From a bacterium (GTDB lineage Bacteria; Zhuqueibacterota; Zhuqueibacteria; Oceanimicrobiales; Oceanimicrobiaceae): a DNA stretch of 10,634 nt. A program made the translations under genes and the position numbers. Position 1 is the first letter of the stretch. Each line of letters begins with the position of its first letter. Below are positions 1-5,946 of this stretch, piece by piece. Below the pieces are notes generated by a model. It made no database searches. It was not told where the DNA came from and saw only the letters and a program-made list of their open reading frames with translations. The stretch spans positions 1 to 10,634 of the forward strand of contig JBHHXT010000175.1 of the NCBI GenBank assembly GCA_046757165.1, in the 5' to 3' direction.

Positions 1-14
1 ATGACTAAGGTAAA

Positions 15-20
15 AGGAGG
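15..20 (+). promoter_or_regulatory. Shine-Dalgarno site for the amidohydrolase gene
   Basis: Perfect AGGAGG at 15-20 (within AAAAGGAGG), 7 nt upstream of ATG at 28; indicates the real start is 28 rather than the ATG at 1 used by the ORF track. Confidence 0.85.
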
Positions 21-27
21 GTTCGAC

Positions 28-1761
28 ATGTCTCTTCAACGATTCCTCGAGGTGTTCTGTTTTTGTGTGCTCGCTTTGCTGCTTGCGGGCTGTGGATGTC
101 GTCAGGAGGCAGCGGCAGACCTCGTAATCCGCAACGGCGTTATCTACACGATGGACGAGAACCAACCGACGGCAGAAGCCGTGGCCGTGGCCGGTGGCAA
201 GATCGTTTTCGTGGGCAGCAGCCAGGAGGTCCAGAGCCGCACCGGGCCGCAGACCCAGGTCATCGACCTGCAGGGCAAGACCATGACTCCGGGGTTCATC
301 GAAAGCCACGGGCATCTTCTCAGTCTCGGATATGCGCAATCGCGTCTAGACCTCAACGAGGTCGAGAACTACGATGAACTCGTGCAACGGGTCGCCGAGG
401 CGGTTCAGCAGACCCAGCCGGGTGAGTGGATCCTGGGACGGGGCTGGCACCAGAGCAAATGGACTCCGCCGCCGAGACCCATGGTGCGGGGGTTCCAGAC
501 ACACCACGCCCTGAGCAAAGTCTCCCCCAACAACCCGGTCTACTTGAAACACGCCAGCGGCCACGCCGGGTTTGCCAATGCCAAAGCCATGGAAATCGCC
601 GGCGTCACACGAGCCACAACGTTCAACAAAGATGGCGAGATCGTCAAAGACGCGCAGGGCAATCCCACGGGCATTTTCAATGAGCTGGCCCAGCGCTTGA
701 TCACCGACCATATTCCTGAGTCCACTCCTGAAAGAAACCGCCAAGCGCTCGAGCTCGCCATTCAGAACTGCCTGGAGAACGGCATCACGAGTTTTCAGGA
801 CGCCGGCGCGGGAAAGGAGGCCATCGAGACCTACCGGGAGTTTCTGCAACAGGGCAGGCTGAAGGTCAGGCTCTGGGCCATGCTCGCCGGCCGAGATGAA
901 CAGCTGCTCAATGAGTGGTATGAGAAAGGCCCGGAGATAGGCTCCGGTGAAAACTTCTTGACTGTTCGCGCCATCAAGCTCGTCTGCGATGGTGCCCTCG
1001 GGACGCGGGGCGCCTGGTTGCTCGAACCGTACAGCGACCGGCCCGGACACTATGGATTTAAGACCCTTCCGATGGAATACGTCCACAAAGTCGCTGAAGA
1101 GGCCCTGAAAAATGGATTCCAGCTCTGCGTCCATGCCATCGGTGACCGCGGCAACCGTGAAGTGCTCGACCAGTTCGAGAAAGCGTTTCAGGCCAATCCG
1201 GAAGCTGCCAGGGACCATCGGTTTCGGATCGAGCACGCCCAGCACCTCAACGTCCGGGATATTCCTCGATTTGCTCAGTTAGGGGTGATCGCCTCCATGC
1301 AAGGCATTCACATGGCCTCGGACCGTCCCTGGGCGATCCATCGCCTGGGGGAAGCGCGCATTGTCGAAGGCGCCTATGTCTGGCAGAAACTGCTGCAGTC
1401 AGGGGCCAAAGTGATCAACGGCACCGACGTGCCGGTCGAGCCGATCAACCCCATTGCGAACTTTTACGCCTCGGTCACGCGTCAAACGTTACGGGGCACA
1501 CCGGCGGGTGGCTATGAACCGGACCAGAGGATGACGCGCGCGCAGGCACTGCGCTCCTATACCCTGGATGCGGCCTACGGCGCGTTCGAGCAGGATATCA
1601 AAGGCTCCATCACGGTGGGGAAGCTTGCGGACTTCACGGTCTTCTCGCAGGATATCATGCAGGTGCCGGAGAGCGAGCTGCTCAAAACCCGGGTCGAGAT
1701 GACCATCGTCGGGGGTGAGATTCTCTATCGCAGAGAGGCAGAGGCCGTCAGCCTCAAATGA
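28..1761 (+). CDS. Metal-dependent amidohydrolase, YtcJ/NfdA-like (Amidohydro_3 family), predicted lipoprotein
   Basis: N-terminal beta-sandwich 'ADLVIRNGVIYTMD..AEAVAVAGGKIVFVGS..IDLQGKTMTPGFIESHGH' (HxH metal motif), 'GEWILGRGW', 'HASGHA', 'KLVCDGALGTRGA', 'HAIGDRGN', 'RIEHAQ', 'GTDVPV', 'GSITVGKLADFTV'. Hydrophobic N-terminus with lipobox LAGC. Strong SD before ATG 28; TGA at 1759-1761. Confidence 0.93.
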   Translation: MSLQRFLEVFCFCVLALLLAGCGCRQEAAADLVIRNGVIYTMDENQPTAEAVAVAGGKIVFVGSSQEVQSRTGPQTQVIDLQGKTMTPGFIESHGHLLSLGYAQSRLDLNEVENYDELVQRVAEAVQQTQPGEWILGRGWHQSKWTPPPRPMVRGFQTHHALSKVSPNNPVYLKHASGHAGFANAKAMEIAGVTRATTFNKDGEIVKDAQGNPTGIFNELAQRLITDHIPESTPERNRQALELAIQNCLENGITSFQDAGAGKEAIETYREFLQQGRLKVRLWAMLAGRDEQLLNEWYEKGPEIGSGENFLTVRAIKLVCDGALGTRGAWLLEPYSDRPGHYGFKTLPMEYVHKVAEEALKNGFQLCVHAIGDRGNREVLDQFEKAFQANPEAARDHRFRIEHAQHLNVRDIPRFAQLGVIASMQGIHMASDRPWAIHRLGEARIVEGAYVWQKLLQSGAKVINGTDVPVEPINPIANFYASVTRQTLRGTPAGGYEPDQRMTRAQALRSYTLDAAYGAFEQDIKGSITVGKLADFTVFSQDIMQVPESELLKTRVEMTIVGGEILYRREAEAVSLK

Positions 1762-1833
1762 GTCCGCAAACATGAGGCGGGAGAATAGTCCTGGAAAGTC
1801 GGGGCCGAAGGTCACCGAAAAACTGTGCATAAA

Positions 1834-1862
1834 CTTCGCGTTCTTCGCGCCTTTGCGGTGAA
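1834..1862. repeat. Short imperfect tandem repeat CTTYGCG x3 ending in GCGGTGAA (arm of a REP-like dispersed repeat)
   Basis: CTTCGCG-tt-CTTCGCG-c-CTTTGCG-gtgaa; heptamers at 1834, 1843 and 1851. TTTGCGGTGA (1852-1861) is a 9/10 inverted match to TCACCGAAAA (1812-1821). Confidence 0.55.
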
Positions 1863-2794
1863 TGAATTATTCAGGCTACAGGGTGATGAAGTCGTCTCCT
1901 CTGTATATTGAATCCTTTGAATCCCGCCGCTTGCACGAAAAAGTGGAGCAGGCCGTGGCGTCTTTGCAATCTTGTACGGCGTGCCCGAGGGACTGCCGGG
2001 TCAATCGGCTACAAGATGAACGCGCGCTTTGCCGAACCGGACGGTATGCTGTGGTCGCGTCCTATTTTCCACATCTGGGTGAAGAAGACTGCTTGCGGGG
2101 ATGGAAAGGCTCAGGAACGATTTTCTTCTCCCACTGCAATCTAAAGTGCGTGTTCTGCCAAAACTACGATATCAGTCAGCAGGCGCGCGGGCAGGGCGTG
2201 CCGCCAGAGCGATTGGCCAGGATGATGCTCGAACTGCAAGCCAGAGGGTGTCACAATATCAACTTTGTGACGCCTGAACACGTTGTGCCGCAACTCCTGG
2301 AGGGCCTGCTCGTTGCCATTGAACAGGGCCTGCGGCTCCCTCTGGTCTACAATACCAGCGCTTATGATTCTCTGGACAGCATCCGCCTGCTGGATGGCGT
2401 GGTAGACATTTACATGCCGGATTTCAAGTTCTGGCACAAGGACAAGGCAAAACGGTATCTGAAAGCTGAAGATTACCCAGAAGCCGCGAGATGCGCCATC
2501 AAGGAGATGCACCGGCAAGTTGGCGATTTGGTGCTCAACGAGGCGGGCCTGGCCGTACGGGGCGTGCTCTTGCGCCATCTTGTCATGCCAGAGGATCTGG
2601 AGGGAACGCGAGCGATCCTGAGCTGGATCGCAAGCGAGCTTTCGGCCAACACCTACGTGAACGTGATGAGCCAATATCGTCCCGCATACAAGACGGTCCG
2701 GTATCCCGAGATCAATCGCACCACAGAGCGCGCCGAATTCTGGCAAGCGGTCAGAATTGCAGAGAACGCTGGCTTGCACAGGCTGGACCGATAG
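1862..2794 (+). CDS. pflX: Radical SAM protein, PflX family (uncharacterised Fe-S protein, often mis-annotated as pyruvate formate-lyase activating enzyme)
   Basis: Canonical CxxxCxxC 'CNLKCVFCQNYDISQ' preceded by 'HLGEEDCLRGWKGSGTIFF', additional N-terminal Cys cluster 'CTACPRDCRVNR..LC', 'HNINFVTPEH', 'LVYNTSAYD', 'VDIYMPDFKF', 'RHLVMP', 'NVMSQYRP'. Start uncertain (ATG 1862 or GTG 1883/ATG 1886); TAG at 2792-2794. Confidence 0.9.
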   Translation: MNYSGYRVMKSSPLYIESFESRRLHEKVEQAVASLQSCTACPRDCRVNRLQDERALCRTGRYAVVASYFPHLGEEDCLRGWKGSGTIFFSHCNLKCVFCQNYDISQQARGQGVPPERLARMMLELQARGCHNINFVTPEHVVPQLLEGLLVAIEQGLRLPLVYNTSAYDSLDSIRLLDGVVDIYMPDFKFWHKDKAKRYLKAEDYPEAARCAIKEMHRQVGDLVLNEAGLAVRGVLLRHLVMPEDLEGTRAILSWIASELSANTYVNVMSQYRPAYKTVRYPEINRTTERAEFWQAVRIAENAGLHRLDR

Positions 2795-2858
2795 CCGGCG
2801 GTGAGGGACAGGGGTATTCATGTTGAGTGTGGGCTTTTGTTATTTTTCATACACAACA

Positions 2859-2887
2859 TTGACTCTGAACCGGCAAAGATGTATCTT
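2859..2887 (+). promoter_or_regulatory. Putative sigma70-type promoter for rnr
   Basis: TTGACT (2859-2864), exactly 17 nt spacer, TATCTT (2882-2887; keeps the T,A...T key positions), with an AT-rich UP-like tract upstream (TTTTGTTATTTTTCAT, 2835-2850) in an otherwise GC-rich window. Confidence 0.65.
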
Positions 2888-2933
2888 TTGTTTTATGTTT
2901 GCAACAATAGAAAGAGACGTTTTGCAGCCAATA

Positions 2934-2946
2934 ACCCCGTAGGGGT
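2934..2946. repeat. Mini-hairpin ACCCC-GTA-GGGGT (REP-like palindrome)
   Basis: Perfect 5-bp inverted repeat around a GTA triloop in the rnr leader; single copy in this window. Confidence 0.45.
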
Positions 2947-3026
2947 GAAACATCATGAGAATTCCTTTGCACAAAATCGATCCAAGCACCCTCTTTTCTT
3001 ACTCAAATTGAGAGATTCCCTGAACC

Positions 3027-5141
3027 GTGAAGAAAAACATTCTCCAAAAAGTGCTGGGGTTGCTCGCGACCGAACCCAACCGCACGTTCAAGCCCAAAGA
3101 GATGGCTCGAAAACTGGGTGTCAGCAAATCCGACTACGCCCAATTTCGCGATTTGATCAAAGCTGCAGCCCGCCAGGGCAAAATCGCCAAGTACCGCGGC
3201 AACAACTTCGGCACCATCACGCGTGCGACCACGCTGGAAGGGGAGCTGCATGTCAAAACGCAAGGGTACGGCTTCCTGATCACCAAAGAAGGCGAAGAAG
3301 ACGTCTTCATCAGCCAAAAGAACATGGGGACGGCGCTGCACAAAGACACCGTGCGCGTGCAGCTTTATGCCCAGTCCACCGGCCGCAGCAGGGAAGGCCG
3401 CGTGGTAGCAATCGTGCAGCGCGCCCGCCAGAATATCGTTGGCACGTACCAGAAGACGCGCAACTACGGATTTGTCACACCGGACAACTTAAAAATCACG
3501 CGAGACATTTTTATCACTCCGGGGGAAGACAAAAAAGCCAAATCCGGCCAGAAAGTGGTCGCGCAGGTGACCTACTGGCAGGACGAACGCAGTAGCCCTG
3601 AAGGCAAGATCGTGGAGGTCCTCGGCTTCCCGGATGAACCGGGCGTGGACGTTATGTCAGTGGTGAAATCCTTTGACCTGCCCACCAAGTTCCCGAAGCA
3701 GGTCGAGCAAGAAGCGACGGCAATTCCGGAGGCCATCCCGAAGGATGAGATAAAACGCCGGCTGGATTTGAGGAAACAGATCTGTTTCACCATCGATCCG
3801 GAAGATGCGAAGGATTTTGATGACGCCGTCTCCATCAAAAAGAGGCGATTCGGCAACTACGAGCTTGGCGTGCACATCGCGGACGTGAGCTACTACGTTC
3901 GGCCGGGCACCAAACTGGATCGGGAAGCAAGAAACCGCGGCACGTCGGTCTACCTGGTGGACCAGGTCGTGCCCATGCTGCCCGAAAAACTGAGTAACGA
4001 GATTTGCAGTTTGCGGGCCAGGAAAGACCGGCTGACCTTTAGCTGCATCATGGAAGTCACTCCCAAAGGGGAGGTGGTCAGGTACGAAATCGCCCAGTCT
4101 GTCATCAACAGCAAGCACCGGTTTACCTATGAAGAGGTGCAGGCGATCATTGAGGCAGATAAGTCGCGGGCGAAGTTCGCACACGAAATCAAGCTCATGC
4201 AGACCCTGAGCCAGGCCCTCATGAAACGGCGCGAAAGACTCGGCAGTCTGGACTTCAACCTGCCGGAAGTCAAGGTTGACCTGGACGCCGACGGCAATCC
4301 TGTGGCCATCAAGAAGCGTGAACGCCTGGATAGCCACCGGCTTGTCGAAGAATTCATGCTGCTCGCCAACCAAACCGTCACGCGGCATGTTGCGCTCGAG
4401 CTGGCACAAAACGGCCGGCTGCCAGCTTTCATCTACCGGATTCATGAGCAGCCGGATGAAGCGAAAATGGACGATTTCAGAAAATTTGTGCGCGCACTCG
4501 GCTATCCCCTGGACCCGAACAAAGAGGTCACCGCCCAGGTGCTCGGACAACATTTGAAGCGACTCGCGGGCAAGCCAGAGGAGGTCATCGTCCAGGAGCT
4601 GATGCTGCGCTCAATGATGAAAGCGAAGTACTCGACCGACAACGTTGGCCACTTCGGGTTGGCGTTCAAGCATTACACACATTTCACCTCTCCCATTCGC
4701 AGGTACCCGGACCTGATCGTACACCGTCTGCTGAGAGAGTACAAAAATGGCGTGAACTTCGAAGAGGTCAAGAAAAAGAAGGCGAGTCTCGAGAAAATTG
4801 CCGAGAAGGCCCTGGAACGCGAGCTGGTCGCTCTGGAAGCAGAACGGGAATCCATCAAACTAAAGAAAGTCGAATACATGCAGCGCCATCTCGGCGACGA
4901 ATTCGAAGCGGTGATTTCGGGCGTGGTGGCGTTCGGGATATTTGTCGAGATCACAGACCTGCTGGTGGAGGGGTTGGTGCACATTTCCGATCTGGAAGAT
5001 GACTACTTCTTTCATGATGAGCAGAACTACCAGTTGGTGGGGCAGAAAACAGGTCGCAGCTACCGGTTGGGGGACCCGGTCAAGGTGCGTGTCGTGCGGG
5101 TGTCAGTCGACGAGCGGGTGATCGATTTTGTTTTGGTTTGA
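3027..5141 (+). CDS. rnr: Ribonuclease R (3'-5' exoribonuclease, RNB family)
   Basis: GTG start; N-terminal wHTH-like segment ('FKPKEMARKLGV'), two cold-shock domains ('GYGFLI..EDVFI..ALHKDTVRV', 'YGFVTPD..RDIFI'), RNB catalytic motif 'TIDPEDAKDFDDAVS', 'VHIADVSYYV', 'RGTSVYL', 'LVEEFMLLAN', 'HFGLA..YTHFTSPIRRYPDL', C-terminal S1 domain 'FGIFVE..EGLVHIS..YRLGDPVKVRV'. TGA at 5139-5141. Confidence 0.97.
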   Translation: MKKNILQKVLGLLATEPNRTFKPKEMARKLGVSKSDYAQFRDLIKAAARQGKIAKYRGNNFGTITRATTLEGELHVKTQGYGFLITKEGEEDVFISQKNMGTALHKDTVRVQLYAQSTGRSREGRVVAIVQRARQNIVGTYQKTRNYGFVTPDNLKITRDIFITPGEDKKAKSGQKVVAQVTYWQDERSSPEGKIVEVLGFPDEPGVDVMSVVKSFDLPTKFPKQVEQEATAIPEAIPKDEIKRRLDLRKQICFTIDPEDAKDFDDAVSIKKRRFGNYELGVHIADVSYYVRPGTKLDREARNRGTSVYLVDQVVPMLPEKLSNEICSLRARKDRLTFSCIMEVTPKGEVVRYEIAQSVINSKHRFTYEEVQAIIEADKSRAKFAHEIKLMQTLSQALMKRRERLGSLDFNLPEVKVDLDADGNPVAIKKRERLDSHRLVEEFMLLANQTVTRHVALELAQNGRLPAFIYRIHEQPDEAKMDDFRKFVRALGYPLDPNKEVTAQVLGQHLKRLAGKPEEVIVQELMLRSMMKAKYSTDNVGHFGLAFKHYTHFTSPIRRYPDLIVHRLLREYKNGVNFEEVKKKKASLEKIAEKALERELVALEAERESIKLKKVEYMQRHLGDEFEAVISGVVAFGIFVEITDLLVEGLVHISDLEDDYFFHDEQNYQLVGQKTGRSYRLGDPVKVRVVRVSVDERVIDFVLV

Positions 5142-5143
5142 AA

Positions 5144-5157
5144 GCGACAGTCGTCGC
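5144..5157. terminator. Weak hairpin between convergent genes, possible terminator
   Basis: GCGAC-AGTC-GTCGC 5-bp stem in the 36-bp gap between the rnr stop and the stop of the minus-strand gene; only TTT follows it on the minus strand and no U-tract on the plus strand. Confidence 0.25.
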
Positions 5158-5177
5158 CTCATCACCTCACTCTGTGT

Positions 5178-5927
5178 TCAATTCGTGCTTGGATGCGTTG
5201 GCGGTGCAGGCAACTTATCTGACCCGCCACCGGAGAGCGTTGTGTAAATAATGACACCGGCCGCGGTCACAATGCCCCCCCGAATCAGCCATTTGACGCC
5301 TTTCTTGCTGGTGCCACCACCACGGCTCCTCTGTGCAAGGGAGGTGTTTAGCTTGATGTGCAGCGTGTCGGTCTTGCCCGGCTCGAGCCTGAGGGGGATA
5401 AACTGCTGTTCATACCCTCTTTCGGACAGAAGCAATTGATAATCGCTGCTGACGAGATCACAGATCAAGAGCGGCGTGGTTTCATCGAACAGGACGCTGT
5501 CGCCATTGACGCCGACCAGGTCGACCTCCTCGGGCTCAGAAGTGACATAAATGCAACCGACTATTTGGTCTCGTACCTCATAAAACGGTGCGCTCAAGTC
5601 CGGCGGAATGACCATCTCATCCAGTTTGCGCTTGGGGTCCAGATTCACCGCCCGCTTGAAGACGGAGTTGACTTCGGCAGCGGGCGCGTTCTGGCGCAAC
5701 AGGACGAAACCGGTGTACAAATGCGCCTCGAACAGATACTCGCGTTTGGCATCGGTGATTTCTGTCACACCTTTCAAGGCGCTCAGCGCCCGGTCGAACT
5801 TGGCTTCCCAGAAAAACTTTTTTCCCTGAATCAGATTCTGCAGGGCCCGGTCCTGCGCACCGGCGGACGCGGCCATGAAAAGTCCCCCGATAGAGATCAG
5901 CAAGAAACACGTTTTCAGATTTTGCAT
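5178..5927 (-). CDS. Exported TPR-like + PEGA-like domain protein with C-terminal Gly-rich hydrophobic helix and Pro-rich tail
   Basis: Sec signal peptide ending 'ASAGA|Q'; helical TPR-like part ('GKKFFWEAKFDRALSAL', 'EAHLYTGFVLL', 'FKRAVNLDP'); PEGA-like part ('GCIYVTSEP...TTPLLI.DL...YQLLLSERGY...LRLEPGKT..LHIKL'); tail 'KKGVKWLIRGGIVTAAGVIIYTTLSGGGSDKLPAPPTHPSTN'. SD AGGAG 5 nt before the ATG. Confidence 0.85.
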   Translation of the reverse strand: MQNLKTCFLLISIGGLFMAASAGAQDRALQNLIQGKKFFWEAKFDRALSALKGVTEITDAKREYLFEAHLYTGFVLLRQNAPAAEVNSVFKRAVNLDPKRKLDEMVIPPDLSAPFYEVRDQIVGCIYVTSEPEEVDLVGVNGDSVLFDETTPLLICDLVSSDYQLLLSERGYEQQFIPLRLEPGKTDTLHIKLNTSLAQRSRGGGTSKKGVKWLIRGGIVTAAGVIIYTTLSGGGSDKLPAPPTHPSTN

Positions 5928-5932
5928 GAATT

Positions 5933-5937
5933 CTCCT
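5933..5937 (-). promoter_or_regulatory. Shine-Dalgarno site for the 249-aa gene
   Basis: Plus-strand CTCCT = AGGAG on the minus strand (within AAAAGGAGAA), 5 nt from ATG at 5927, lying in the 19-bp gap after the upstream gene's TAG-TAA double stop. Confidence 0.8.
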
Positions 5938-5946
5938 TTTGAGTTA

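Noticed and set aside
1..27. ATG at position 1 as amidohydrolase start (586 aa ORF)
   Set aside because: The extra nine codons contain a perfect SD positioned for ATG 28, and the lipoprotein signal begins properly at 28.
1759..1788. Selenocysteine/readthrough at the amidohydrolase TGA followed by a small CCGC..GCGG hairpin
   Set aside because: The enzyme domain is already complete, readthrough would add only a few residues before TAG, and the position is not a catalytic Cys equivalent.
2795..2850. Intrinsic terminator for pflX before the T-rich tract at 2835-2847
   Set aside because: No convincing GC-rich stem directly precedes the T-tract; it is better explained as the UP-like region of the rnr promoter.
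2925..2950. Resemblance to c-di-AMP (ydaO) riboswitch words (CAGC..TAACCCCGTAGG, GGGGTGAA)
   Set aside because: Words overlap and are in the wrong order, and the other conserved ydaO elements are missing; an Rfam scan would be needed to revive it.
2801..3595. 264-aa plus-strand ORF overlapping the rnr 5' end
   Set aside because: Runs through the promoter/leader and then out of frame over rnr; Arg/His-rich low-information translation with no recognisable motif.
28..5141. Amidohydrolase + radical SAM + RNase R as a single novel pathway or defence system
   Set aside because: All three are common standalone genes, rnr has its own promoter, localisations differ, and there is no precursor peptide, toxin or mobile-element context.
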